The notes beneath the pieces are model-generated. The model saw only the letters and a list, made by a program, of their open reading frames with translations. It searched no databases and was not told the origin of the DNA. This document shows positions 44,860-59,990 of a DNA stretch of 64,000 nucleotides, piece after piece. The position numbers and the translations under genes were made by a program. The DNA comes from Plasmodiophora brassicae (lineage: Eukaryota): contig CP145419.1 of NCBI GenBank assembly GCA_036867785.1, forward strand, positions 1 through 64,000. The letters run 5' to 3'. The first letter of the stretch is position 1, and every line of letters begins with the position of its first letter.

Positions 44860-46106
44860 TCAGGCGGCAGGACGAACAATGTAACTCGGTTTGTTTCGCC
44901 ACATGAGAATCTCGTGTTGCTTGAAGTACCTGCGGTCCTCCTCGTCGACCAGGACCAGGTTCAGGTAGTACTTGACGCTGAACTTGTTGTACACATCCTT
45001 CATGGTCGGCGTGAGGTCGTACGGCTCGAGAAACAGGCGGACGGGGACGCATTCGCCCCTAACCGGCGCGCCATCCATGATTTCGAATTTGGCAATGACA
45101 TCGGTGTCGGTAGAGACCGACGGGGACCCAGACGATTCCCGGCGCAGGATCTGCAACTCCATGTGCTTGATCTTGATCCGCACGAGTAGGAAGTAGATCT
45201 TCCCGATGACCACGTCTGACATGTGGAACTTGTCCTTGCCGTACTCGAACTCGATGTGCAGGCAATCCTCAATGCCGACCTGCACAAACGCGCCCGGAAT
45301 CATTTTAACACGTTCCTGCGGTCACCAGGGCAGGCACGCTAACCTCCATTTTGATTGTGTTGCTGACCTGCGGGTCTTCGCCCACATTCTGAACGGCGAA
45401 ATCGACCTCTTTCGTTATCCTATGCGCACGATCAATGAACAGGAAACTTTCTCTTAGGGTCGGCGCACTTACGATGTGGAATACTGCCTGGGAATCTTCA
45501 CCCGGATAAAGTAGCGCAGACGTACGTTCGTGCCACGGTAGGTCTCGTGTTGTTTCTCGACGTGGTTGAATTCGAACGCGTAGGACTTGCTCGCAACCTG
45601 TGTCCCACAACGGACCTTAGAATGCATAACCAGTGCCTGTGGGCCAGAAACCCGTCGCGGTACCATTTCGCCGGGCGGTTCCAGCTCCCTGAGCAACGAA
45701 ATGAAGACGTAATGGGATCCGCGATCATTGGCGAGCTCGACCTACAAACGTCACTGACGAGTCAACGAGACGGCATCCAAATCACGACGGCCGCGTAATC
45801 TGGGACCTGTCCGACGAGTTCGCACTTGATGCCCTGGTGCTCGAGCTTCTTGCCCTGCGGGACGCGAACATGGACGGTGCCGGCGATATCGTCCAACCCC
45901 ATGAAGAGCGGCATCTCGATGACGCCGGCCTTCTCACCCGGCCCTTCCTTCACCGCCACCAACTTCATCGACGCCTGGTCCCGGAATTCCACCTCGACCT
46001 TGGCCGCGTTGCCGAACCCGAACAGGCTCTAACCCGGCAGAGCCGCCCACTGTTACCTATCCGTCGACGCTGACGACGAGCGCACCGCCAACCTGACCTT
46101 GACCAT
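44860..46106 (-). CDS. VPS26: Retromer subunit VPS26, multi-exon
   Basis: GKKLEHQGIKCELVGQ, EVGIEDCLHIEFEY, GKIYFLLVRIKIKHME, EIMDGAPVRGE, YYLNLVLVDEEDRRYFKQ. Confidence 0.96.
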
Positions 46107-46450
46107 GGTGCCAGCAGCAGTTAGTTGGACGGGCGCCGTCGGGGCCCGACTATTACAGCCTCGTACGCCGCAGCGTCACGCGCCGTCCAACCCGGTGCAC
46201 AGATCCGCCCAAGTCGCGGAATGGGGCGGTGCGCGACGCACACGGACACATCCCGCGACGGCGACGCGTCACGCCCCGGGCGCGCCAAAAAGAGAAGGAG
46301 ACGATGACGACGCCATCATGCCGCCCGTGCAGTAATTCAGTCGTCAACAGCGGCAGTATAGTTAGCACAGCCAGCCTCTGCTGTTTTATGGCTTATACGG
46401 TGCAGTGTGACCCGTCGGGCGGTGGACGACGGCCTCGGGGTGACCAGGGC

Positions 46451-49400
46451 CTATCGGTCAGCGTACGCCTGCAGTTCCTGGTCCTGTTTGGCGAGCTCCA
46501 GCAGCATGGGGTCGTCGAAGAACTTGCTGACGGTGACGTCTTCGCTCAACCCTTTGCGACGCCGGGTCTTGATCATGAATTCACGGGCGAGCGCGGGCGG
46601 CGGGCTGGGCTCCAGTGGATGCAGGACGATGGACTTGTCGAGCGGGTCGCCAGGGACGATCGCCCAGTGGTCGAACACGGACACGCAGAACGCCTGGCCC
46701 TGCGTGTGCGTTCGCAGGTCGGTCTCGAACCCGAACGAATCGATCACGGGGACGAACGCTTCCACGTCGAAGAGCGGCGTGCCGGGCTTGGGCACCTCTT
46801 TCGTCACGTGTCCACGTCGACGCGCCAGCACCTTGTAGATGGCCGCAATGCAGTCCGCCGGCGTCTGGATGTGCACGCTGTACACCGGCTCCATGAGGCG
46901 AGGGGTCGCCAGCAGGAACGACGAGTAGACGACGCGCCGCGCGGTCGGGATGATCTGCCCGCCACCACGGTGCATGGCCTGTTCGGCGATCTGCGCTTCC
47001 AGGATCTTGAACTTGACGTTGCGGATGGGTTCGTCGCATAACGGCCCTTCCCGGGTGCCCCACTGGAAGCCCTGGACAATGGACGGGCGCACGCTGTAGA
47101 GCAGGCGCTTGTCGGCCTCGTCCGACAGCGTGTCGTCGATGAGAACGTTCGGCCCGTTGCCTGGGTCCGGGCCGAACGCCCAGACGGTGCGCGCGGCCAG
47201 GACGTCCCAGTTGTACGGCGGCGACTGGAAGAAGGCGGCAACACGGGGGCGCTCCCAGGACAGGTTGATGCGCCCGGATTCGATATCGCCGGCCAGGCCT
47301 TCGTCGAGCGGCTCAGCGATCATGGTCAGGCGCGACATTCGGTTGGGCGTCTCGGCGAAACACCGGATGGACGACGTGTCGACGACGGTCTCGGCGAACG
47401 ATGCGACAGGGTCGGCCACCTTGATCTCGATGTCGGCGTACATGCGACGCAGGTCGTGCAGGATGCAGTCGAGGTAGAGCTCGCCCGTACCCAGAATGAT
47501 GTGCTCGCCGCTGTCCTCGATCTTGGTATGCGCCAGTGGATACGACTTGCCGATCTTGCGCAGGGCGTCCAGCATCTTGGGCAATTCCGACGGGTTGATC
47601 GGCTCGATGGCGACCTTGACGCAGGCGATCGTGTCGAACGACAGCGGGCGGAACACGCAGGCGTCGCCCGGGGACGGTCGCGTCAGAGTGGCCGTCTTGC
47701 TGATCGCTTGGTCCAGCCCGTCGAACAGGGCCCAGTTGCCGGCTTGGACGCGGTTCACGGCGACGCGGTACCTTGCCTGGTACACCCAGATGCCCGTGAT
47801 CGTGCAGACCGACATGTCCTCCGGGTCGTCCAGCGAGTACCCGGGCCGAAGGACGGCGACGGTATCGCCGACAGTGACCGATCCGCTCATCACCCTGCCG
47901 AACGCGTCGAACACGGAACCGTCCGACCTCGAGTACAACTTCGTCACGTTCACCATGAGCTGGCCGTGCGGGTCGCACGCCTGCATGCCGGCAGCGATCT
48001 CGGTCGTCAGGTCGCCGGTGTAGATGGATTCGACGCGAGACGGGGCGCTGTCCACCGGCGACGGGATGTGCCGCACCAGAGCGTCCACGAGACCGGCACT
48101 GTTGTTGAACAGCTTGCTCAGGACGAGACGAAGCAGCGGGCGCGGGTCCTGTCGCATCTCCTTCTTGGTCAGGAACACGCCCAGTTCGGCCAGCAGAGCC
48201 TGCAGGTCGGCACCGGGTTCGGATCCCAGCGCGTGGCTGTAGATCTTGTACAGCGGTTCCAGGACGAACGCGACGAACGTGCGCTGGTCTCCACGTCGTT
48301 CGAAAGAGCCCGTTTCCTCATCAACGTACCAGTCGCCCCACAGTCGTTTCGCCAGGGCAGCCGCATTGATGGACGGGTGACGCTCGGCGTACAGGGACGC
48401 GAACGACGGCAACGTGAATGACCAGGAGTACAACGCCGACGCAAAGATGACGTTGCCGAGCTCGGGCGACAGTCGCCGACCTGAGTATCCGCAGCCGGCA
48501 AGCACTGAGTTCACCTCCTCGATCGTGTGCACGAGCTTGTGGTACGCGTCGCCAGGCGGCAACTTCAACTCGAGCAGGAGACGATCGACCTTGTTGATGA
48601 GCAGAACCAGCGGGACACCTTCCGCAACGGCATGGCGTAACGCACGAGTCGTCTGCGTCATGACTCCCTCTACAGCATCAACGACGACCAGAGCGCCATC
48701 GGCCAGACGCAGTGCCGCCGACGTCTCGTCACTGAAGTTGACATGGCCGGGACAGTCGAGGAGGTTGACCAGGTACGATTTGCCGCGCAGAGATTGCAGG
48801 ACGAGCGACATGGGGACACACTTGATGGATAACTGCCGGGCTTGTTCGTCTGGCACAGAACAATAACATTTGTCAGCGCCACACGTGGGCGAACGAGGCA
48901 CCGCGCGAGCGTGTTTTACCAAGGCGTGTGTCCGTGTATCGCGTAGAAACATTCGGATCCCACTGGCGAGGGTGCGTCTCTCGTACTAGCATATCCATAA
49001 TGGAGGTCTTCCCATGATGCAGATGCCCAATCATGGCGACGTTGCGGATCAGGGCGGGGTGATCCATCAGACCTATGCCAAATCGTCCATTCAGCAATAG
49101 GAGCATCGGGCAACGTCATTGTGGAATCCGTGCCTGTTAGGAACGTCCAGTCGAAGGTCGTTTCAGGCGGGGTTTCCTTCTCCAGGACCTCGAAGCATTT
49201 GCCTTTGATGGGCGCTATGATGGGCGTCTCCAGCGGTTGCGTGTCCTCATCCTGGACGAGCGTCTCGGCACCGGCGTACACATCTTCGGCGGACGGGAAG
49301 TACGACTTGTCGTGATACAGGACGACCTGAGCAGCCGCCGCCGCAGATCCGGCAGCCTCGCGGTCCATCTGCATCTCCGACACCGACTGGGCGGCCTGCT

Positions 49401-49509
49401 CGACGGACTCATCCGATTCACCGTCGGATTCGACGCCGATACCGTCGGCCTCGTCGAATCGGGCGCCGCCGATGTAGTTGCCGAAATCGTCGTACTCAGC
49501 GTCGTCCAT
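46451..49509 (-). CDS. EFTUD2: U5 snRNP GTPase Snu114/EFTUD2
   Basis: [73 protein letters not shown]; two short introns. Confidence 0.97.
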
Positions 49510-50037
49510 GGTTGCGAGCTGCACGACGCCTTCACGGACTGCGCGTCGCCGCCTTCGACATCCTGCCGTAGCCACTCCATGTACGCGCCGCGCGTCGGAC
49601 TCTCTGCCGGCGTTGCCAGCACGAGCTAAACGATGTAGGTCTGCTGGATGTAGTCTAGGTAGGCAACAAGGAAAGGTGATGTCGGCCTACCTAGGTGTAC
49701 GGTACAGACGGCATTCGTGGTCTGTGGGCGTAATATTGTTCTTGGGGTAACAACTTACCAGGAACCGGCCACTGGCGCTTGGGTACGATCCCCATTGAAG
49801 GCATGTGCGCTCTGGAACTGCTGCAGACCCAGTGAACAGAATATGCGCCTACTGCTTGTTTGCTGAGGGTGTCTCTGTGGTGGGGGAAGCTGGTTTGGCG
49901 TTGAGGGACGAGCAATCATGGGCCTCAATTTGGAATCAGACCACGTACTACATTGACACCAAATCTGTACACTTCGATCGGTTGCAGGTGCATTAACTGA
50001 TTAGCAGGCCGTCGCCGCATGCCGCTCGCAAGCGGCC

Positions 50038-51925
50038 ATGCTTCCCACACGATTCCAGCAAACGATTCGACCATCGCGAAATGAGCACGTCCTCGAACAG
50101 CGCATCGGGAAGCTTATTACCGGCCTGAAACAGTTCACCCAAAGCGATCATTCGCTACCCTTCACCATCCACGAGCTCAAGCAGTCGAAAGCCGTTGCCA
50201 TGGCATCTGTCCGATCCGACACTCTGAAGCCACAGGCATCGGCCGACAAGGAGTCGCCAGCGACGACGTCGTCAGAACCGGCATTGCCAATATCCCACAT
50301 CCGGATGGCGCGCATGCGAAAGCCTTTAGTTCCTGACGGATTCACCGCTAAGATCCAGCTGAACCTTCCCTCGGACGCCCTTGCAGATTGGCCCACCGAC
50401 CCAGCAGCGATGTCTCCCGACATGGCGTGCTGCTTGGAATCGCAATTTTTCGTGCAGTACCTTGGTAGCCTTGGTGTAACCCCGACCCAGTCCAATATCG
50501 CTAGTCTACGAAGGGTCCTTCTTTCGGAACGAAGTCGCGGGACGTTGCGCTACAAGTTCTGGCTCAGGTCTCACGGATGGTACGCACAGGTATTGCTTTC
50601 TGTAGACGCTGGGGAACTTATACCCGCACAATGGAACCGATAGGGATGAAGACGTCGTACAGATAACGTGGGTTAGGAATCCCCTCCGTCCCTACAAACA
50701 GAACAAGGTTCCTCCACATCAGCCACGGCTCCGTCAACCCTGTAAAGATCCGTGCGACGATTCGCTATCTAGGCGACGAGCGTCGAAACGGTGGACAACA
50801 GTTCGCAAAATGAACATATCGAATGGTGCAGTTGAGGCCAAGAGGGATCGCGAGTGGAGGAAGACGCGGATGGAGCGTGTTTTCTTCAATTACTCCGGCG
50901 GAATCGGGTTTCCTTCGGCGAACGGCATGGCTCCGAGCCATAACCGCATTCTTTGTTTCGATACCTTTTACAGGGCCAATGCGTTCTGTTGCGCCGACCC
51001 ATCCATTCCGTTTGAAACCGTTCATGCCCCGCCCGGTACTGAACCTTTCCGTTACGCGGACACCATGATGGACCAGTCGGCGGCTGATGCGAATACTACG
51101 ATGACTGATCCACCGTCAGGCACACGCTTCGTCTCCCCTGTGAAAGCGTCACGCTTAGAGATCGATCGCATCTTGCGACTTTTCCTTGCGCGCGTTCCCA
51201 TGTCGCTATTCCCCCAGTACACCGAGAATGATATCTGCCAAGCAACCGCGATTCTAACCGGGAACGCCAGCGTTGACTTGATGTCATTGCTATGCCATTA
51301 CATTTTCTGGAGAGTCATGATGGGCCCAAGTGCGGTTCCCCGTGCCACAGTCGAGGCAACCTACCTGCAAATCGTGTCGACGTGGACCGCGATGCAGGCC
51401 ACAATCAACGGGCAGGTCCACAGTACATTGTTTACTCGTCCCCTTGTTATAGACGCGATCATCTGCGTCGTATCCTGCATGATCGAGTATCAAACCCCGG
51501 GTCCATTTTCAGGTCCACGTCGCGATGCGAAACACGCCGAAATTCGCGCGCAGCTTCTTTCTTTGCTGAACCCGATCGTGTCGAACTCTGTCGACTGCCC
51601 GTTGTCGAGCGCGCCCTGCCTCGCATCGCCTCGTGTCTTTGCGCGGCAAATGAGGAAGCAGCGTCAGGTTCGTTCCAGCCCCGGGTACACGACAATACGA
51701 AGGCTCATGCATGCGACAACGCCGTTCCTACGCGGAGTGCTCCCCAATGTGACAAGCCCGGCCGCCCGGACCATGCTTCTCCGGCACGACCCCGGCGCAT
51801 TCGTCGATCGCGCTGACATTCCGCGGCTCCCTATGTCTGCGCTTGCCCGCCCACAGGCACCCGCACGACTGCCAGTACGTCAGTCGGCAGCGTCTCGCAC
51901 AGCAGCGGCGATGCCCTTCCTATAA
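50038..51925 (+). CDS. Hypothetical protein(s), probably spliced
   Basis: Co-oriented 201- and 371-codon ORFs with protein-like composition filling the gap between recognised genes; no family recognised. Confidence 0.45.
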
Positions 51926-52278
51926 TACAGCTACTACGTGGCACTGCAGTCGTGCAGGCCGGTGCGTGCGATTTTCCCAGGCATGCAGTGGCATGTACCG
52001 GCGGTAGCCGCCGCGCAGTGCGCAAGTCAGGTCGTCGCCATCGCGCGACTTGGTTCGCGTGTGTGGGTTCGCAAAAAAAAGCACCACGCTGAAACGGCGG
52101 CGGAGCGCACACCGGGGGGATCCCTCCTCGCGGCCCTCCACACTCGGCCTTACATAGCGTGACGGCCTCCAAGACACGTGTGGACGTGCTCTGACTGTGG
52201 ATCGACGCAGACTGGCGCCGCCGATCCTTATACCACGATTCGGCCCGTACTGGACGCAGACCCCGACGCGACGGCATC

Positions 52279-53909
52279 ATGCCCAACGACGTATCAGGCG
52301 GCGGCGCCCCACCTCGACTTCGCGTCTGCGTCCTGCAGTCGTCGTACGAGGGCTCACAGTCGGACACGAAAGCTTACGACGACTATGCGTGCACGCCGGC
52401 ATACGTAGTAGGCAAATCGCCTTTGGCAGACGAGTACGAGTTCACATCCGTCATGATCAAGAAAGCGACCGCGTACTCGCAGGTTCGATGCGACCCCTCT
52501 GCAGTGTCGTTTCACGTCCCTTCTCCGACGACTGAATGACGGTTGACTAGGTACGGGAACTAGTACGTTCCCGCAAGTACGATGTGTTCTTCAACCTGTG
52601 TGATGGCGCGCTGGACGAAGACCGTGCGGGAATCTCGGTTGTGGACGCCCTGGAGCGCTTCAAGGTGCCCTTCACGGGTGCCGACTCGAAGCATTTCGAA
52701 CCCACCAAATTGGACATGAAGATGCTGGCCTACTTCGCGGGTATCGAGGTGCCCGCGTACGCGCACATGACGCCGCAGGACGACATTGAGACCGTATGCG
52801 CCCATCTGAACTTCCCCGTTATCGTCAAGCACACCAGCGGTTACAACTCGGTTGGCATGACGAAACGGTCGCTATGCCAGTCGATGGACGAACTGAAGTT
52901 CGAGGCGACCCGTTTTATGAAGCTGTTCGGCGATGTGCTCGTTGAAGAGTACATCGAGGGCGTTGAGGTGACCGTGCTGGCATGCGAGGACCCGCACACG
53001 GGCAAGACGCGCGTCTTCACGCCGATCCAGTTCAACTTCCCGGTCGGCGAGTCGTTCAAGCATTTCGACCTGAAATGGGTCGACTTTGGTCAGACGAGGT
53101 GTGCGCCGGTCAGCGATCCGGTTCTGGCTGAGAAGTGCAAAGCGGTCGGCGCCTCCGCGTTCGAAAATCTGCTGGGCGGTATTGGATATGGGCGCAGCGA
53201 CCTGCGCGTTGACGCCAGCGGGAAGGTATTCATGCTGGAGATCAACCCGAACTGTGGCCTGTTCTACCCTGAGTGCGACGGATCCGCTGACCTGATCCTG
53301 GCCAATGACCCGTACACGGCGGCCGGATTCGCCAAGCTGATGATCGAGGCGGCCATCATGCGAAACGACCGGAAGCGTGCGGCGGAACCACCAGTCAAAG
53401 TGTCGTTCTCGTCTGCCGAGGGGCGCGGGTACCATGTCCTGGCGTCGCGTCGCATCCAAAAGGGCGAGCTCGTGTTCCACGATGAGGGCAGGCCGCTGCG
53501 CCTGATCACGAAGCAGTACGTGGAGAGCAACTGGTCGCCGTCGGAGAAGAGCATGTTCGCACAGTACGCGTGGCCGTTCACGAAAGTCGTCTGGGCGATG
53601 TGGTCGAACGACCACCGAGACTGGCGCCCCTTGGTGCATTCCTGTTCGCCATGCCTGTGGTTCGGTGAGAACTTCTCACTGAATATCTATGCTGCGCGCG
53701 ACATTGAGATCGGGGAGGCTTTGACCATGGATTACTCCACGTTCTGTTGCGGCGAGGTCATGGAGTTCGACTGCCAGTGTGGGTCCAAGGCGTGCCGCGG
53801 CCGGGTTACCGGCCGAGACTACGAGATCTACCCGTCCATGCGCGAGTATTATGGCACGCGCGTTAGCGATTTCGTCTATCAGCAGTGGGTGGCGTCCAGC
53901 AGCAAGTAA
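52279..53909 (+). CDS. ATP-grasp (D-Ala-D-Ala ligase-like) + SET/post-SET fusion protein; intron about 52483-52550
   Basis: FNLCDG..VPFTG..FPVIVKH..VLVEEYIEGVEVTV..GYGRSDLR..MLEINPNCG, then GRGYHVLASRRIQKGE..HSC..AARDIEIGEALTMDY..CQCGSKACRG. Confidence 0.88.
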
Positions 53910-53978
53910 CGTGCGCATGGCTCTGCCCCGGTCCCTCTCTTGTATTAAACCATGATCAATGACAGCGGCAATAGCCAG

Positions 53979-55937
<1,959 letters not shown>

Positions 55938-56096
55938 TCAACCGGCTGAAACCTTGAACCATGGCGCCTTGGTCGCACACCAATCCCATTGACGGCAAAC
56001 GCCGCTGCGGTCGACCTTCTGCGTTCAGGGCATGACTCTCCGTTCGGTGTTCTATTCCGGCACGGGTATTGCCTGAATTGCTGAATTGTATAGGTG

Positions 56097-57303
56097 CTAC
56101 TTGGGTGGGACCAGCATGCCCAGGATCGATCGCAGCATGGCTCTGGTGTTGATGTTCCCGGGGATGTCGTGTCTGAGGTCGATGCGATGTGCCAGGCAGG
56201 CACCGGCGACGCTGTCGATGTCGATGGGGCGAACGTAGGCGACGCCGGTCAGGACGGCATGAATCCGGGCGGCGTACAGGACGGCCTGGAAACCGAGCGG
56301 CGATGGTCCCAGTCCAGTATGCGCGTGGTTCCGGGAGCAGACGACAATGTCGCGAATGTACTGCTGCAACGTGTCCGCGACGTACACGCCGCTGTCGTCC
56401 ATGTCCCGGAATGCCCTCAGCTGTGCTGTCGGCAACCGCGGCCCGTCCTCTAGCGACGACCTCGCCAGTTGCTGCTGCCGGTACAGGACACTACACCAGT
56501 GAAGCACGACGTCATTGTAGCGATAGTCGCACTGGCAACTCGCCGTACCGCATCATGCCATCGTTGATGCACAATTCCATGACGAATCGATCGCGCATGT
56601 CCCGCGGCAGACTTGTTCCTCGTTGGGTACTGTGCACTGCAACGATAGTGAAGTCGTTCGGCAGGTCCCGACGATGGCCGCGACGAATGCAAACCGCCTT
56701 CATGCGCATGGCCTCCAGGACGACTAGCTGCGTGTCGACCGGGGCATGCTCCAGGCCCTCACAGAGGAACATGCTAGAGAAGATTGGGCCTTCGCCTCCC
56801 CGGTTATCGACATGGCGTCCATCGGACCGCTTGTAGTACAGGGCGTCAGGCTGCGTGTCTTCAGTCATCTTCAGGTACGTGCAGGTGCAGAACGATGCCC
56901 GCAGGACATCGAGAACGACCTGCACAGGATCGTACTGAACGCGGGCCGAAAGGTCCAAACGGATCAGAAGATGATGCTGGGCGCCGACCATTGCAGCCAT
57001 AACGGCATGCACGAATGGCGACGGGAACCGGGACAGGAACCTCAGCCCGCCTTCACTGGACCAGAATCGGGCGACATTGTCGACCGAGTGCAGGTGTTCA
57101 CCGCCTCTCGAATCACCCGGGTTGCCAGAGATTGCCGACGGCGTCGGGATCTTCGGCCCTGAACCGAACCGCGATAGGCGCAACGACCCCGACGATTTGA
57201 TCATTTGGATCGGACGCGGCCTCCATCCCATGGTGTCCGCCCACACACACAACTCGGCCTGAGCGGCATCCCCGATGGGAAGACGCATCTTGGACCCGGC
57301 CAT
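56097..57303 (-). CDS. Degenerate MoxR/ChlI-like AAA+ protein with lid domain; start uncertain
   Basis: EHAPVDTQLVVLEAM, LPRDMRDRFVM, VYVADTLQQYIRDIV..GPSP..AARIHAVLTGVAYVRPIDI..LAHRI. Confidence 0.65.
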
Positions 57304-57747
57304 GTCACCTGCTGCATCGGGTATCTAACTTGTGAGCGTAATAACTACCCGTAGCTGATGGGCGGATGCGTATATACGCGAGTGGACGGCCAATGGGCAA
57401 TGGCCAGTGCTGTTTTCCCGTTGGCCGTCCAGTTTGACGTAAAGTGGCGATACGTGGCAACCCTGAAGTGGGCCTTGGTGTCTGACGCCATTGGCTAATT
57501 GGCTTCTGCTCGCATGTGGGCCGGCCTAGGTATGTCCATAGCCCATAGGCCCAGTAGATAGGACGCAGGTTACACGTGCGGGGCTATTTCTGGCGCAACT
57601 CGCAATGGCCAGTGACCAGTGGGGCAATGGCCACCTCACATCTGGGCCGGACCAACGGTCCGAAATGATAACCTGCTGCACCGGTCCGTACGTAAGAATC
57701 GACGACCGACGAGCAGCAGTTCTGGCGCGTATCCCCACCGTTGTGCT

Positions 57748-59538
57748 ATGTCGTCCGGGCCGGACCGTCCTCGAGTCGGGTCAGCAGACCAGACGGCGCC
57801 CCCGGTCGATTATCGTCTCATTTTCGAGACACTCCCGGCCTTATGCATCGTCCTAAATACCGAGCTGCGCATCGTTGCTGCGACCGATGCCTACCTTGAG
57901 GCGACGATGACGCGAAGGGACGATATTGCGGGGCGAGGCATATTCGATGTGTTTCCTGAAAACCCGGATGATCCGACCACCAGCGGCTCTCTCCATAACC
58001 TGCGTTCATCGCTGCAATACGTCGTGAAGCATCGCGCGCCGCATGTCCTGGCCGCCCATCAGTACGATGTCAGGAAACCAGGCGGTGAATTCGAAACGCG
58101 GTACTGGAGCCCGCTCAGCTGCCCGGTCCTGGACCCGACCACGGGCGACCTGGTCTACATTATCCATCGCGTCGAGGACGTCACCGAGCTCCTGCTCGCC
58201 CGCGATCGCGGGACGAACTTGGAAAAGGAACGGCAACGACGGTTCGGCGCTGAGGAGACGGTTCGGCGCATGGAGTGGGAGGTCTTGCAACGGGCCGAGC
58301 AGGTCCAGCAGCAGGCGCGCGAACTGTCGGAGATGAACGCACAACTGGCCGTGGCGCGCGACAAGGCCATCCAGGCATCCAACGTCAAGTCGGCGTTCGT
58401 CGCGATGGTCAGCCACGAGTTGCGCACGCCGCTGACAGGCATCATCGGCTTCACTGACCTGCTCATGGCGACGCCCCTCTCGGACGACCAGACCGACCTC
58501 GTCAACCTCATCGGCGATTCAGCGCGCGTTCTCCTTTCCTTAGTCAACGATATTCTCGACATATCAAAGCTAGAAGCCGGCAACGTCGTCCTCGAGCAGG
58601 TCCCGTTCCACGTCGCCGATGTGGTCCGTAATTCCCAGCGTCTGTTCGAAGGGCAGGCGCAGATGAAATCGCTCCAGCTCAGTGTCACCATCGACGACGA
58701 CGTGCCGGAGCTGGTGCGGGGTGACCCGTACCGCCTCCGGCAGATCCTGCTGAACTTGATCAGTAACGCCATCAAGTTCACGGACACTGGTGGCGTGACC
58801 GTGAACGTCGGTCGCAACGACGAGCAGGGCCGGGACGAAACTATTGTCCGGGTCCGGTTCGAAATCGTTGATACCGGAATCGGCATTATCGAATCGCACC
58901 TGGCGCGTCTGTGCGAACCGTTCTCCCAGTTTGACTCGTCGGATACGAGGCGATACGGTGGCACTGGCCTTGGGCTCAACATCGTGCGGACGCTGGTCGA
59001 CCTGATGGGCGGGCAGATTGGCGTGCAAAGCGTGATCGGACAGGGGTCCGTCTTCTGGGTCGTGCTACCATTCGGCGTCGTAGACAGCACGTCTGATGCG
59101 ACAGTGACAGACGACGTTCTCGATCCCAGATGGTGCTCGGAGTTAGGAAGCGTGATTAATACCGAGAAGGTCATACTCGTCGTTGACGACAACGCGGTCA
59201 TTCGTCGGTTGGTGTCCAGGCAGTTGTCCAACCTCGGCTACGAACACGTTCTTATCGCGTGCGACGGCCAGGAAGCATTGTTGCAGTTCGACGCGTCTGG
59301 CCCGGTGGACCTCATCCTGATGGACTGCCAGATGCCGGATCTCGATGGATGTGGCGCCACCAGGGCCATGCGCAACATCGAATCCCGATCCGGCAACCCG
59401 CCTGTTCCCATTATCGCCATGACGGCCAGCGCCATGCACCGTGATCGCGAAATGTGCCTCCAGGCTGGTATGAACGATATGCTGACGAAACCGTTCACTG
59501 TGGCCGACCTCGCCGCCATGCTCCAGAAATGGCTGTGA
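57748..59538 (+). CDS. Hybrid sensor histidine kinase 1 (PAS-HisKA-HATPase-REC), intronless
   Basis: SHELRTPL, LRQILLNLISNAIKFT, DTGIGI, GGTGLGL, LMDCQMP, LTKPF. Confidence 0.95.
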   Translation: MSSGPDRPRVGSADQTAPPVDYRLIFETLPALCIVLNTELRIVAATDAYLEATMTRRDDIAGRGIFDVFPENPDDPTTSGSLHNLRSSLQYVVKHRAPHVLAAHQYDVRKPGGEFETRYWSPLSCPVLDPTTGDLVYIIHRVEDVTELLLARDRGTNLEKERQRRFGAEETVRRMEWEVLQRAEQVQQQARELSEMNAQLAVARDKAIQASNVKSAFVAMVSHELRTPLTGIIGFTDLLMATPLSDDQTDLVNLIGDSARVLLSLVNDILDISKLEAGNVVLEQVPFHVADVVRNSQRLFEGQAQMKSLQLSVTIDDDVPELVRGDPYRLRQILLNLISNAIKFTDTGGVTVNVGRNDEQGRDETIVRVRFEIVDTGIGIIESHLARLCEPFSQFDSSDTRRYGGTGLGLNIVRTLVDLMGGQIGVQSVIGQGSVFWVVLPFGVVDSTSDATVTDDVLDPRWCSELGSVINTEKVILVVDDNAVIRRLVSRQLSNLGYEHVLIACDGQEALLQFDASGPVDLILMDCQMPDLDGCGATRAMRNIESRSGNPPVPIIAMTASAMHRDREMCLQAGMNDMLTKPFTVADLAAMLQKWL

Positions 59539-59990
59539 CACTTCGTATCAGCACCGGCAGACGGCTACCAAGCAATAATTACCATTGGTCTTTCTATACA
59601 ACGCGAAATTGTCATTAAGTACAACTACAGAACTGTCGCCTTTCGAGCCCGCCATTAACCTGTTCGCGCATAGGTCCACGCTCAGGACGACGGCGTCGAC
59701 ACCAGCAGGCAGTCGTTCAACGTACCCGTATGACGTGTTCCGCACGGGGGCACCAGGCGAGGGGCCACGTACGTGGGCGCCAGCGACAGGTCGGCGGGGC
59801 CTGCACCATCTCCCGGGCCGCTTGGCCCGTGCCTGCACGCACCGCAGTCCGCAGCGCCAATAATCAGTCTGCGGCCCCGGCGGCAGAAGAACAGTCGTGT
59901 CCCGGGGCGGTTGTGCGCAGTCTGGCAATGGCCGATCCGTCGGGTTCCCCGCACCATCGTATTTTGGAGCGATCGGGGGCGCAGCGACCG

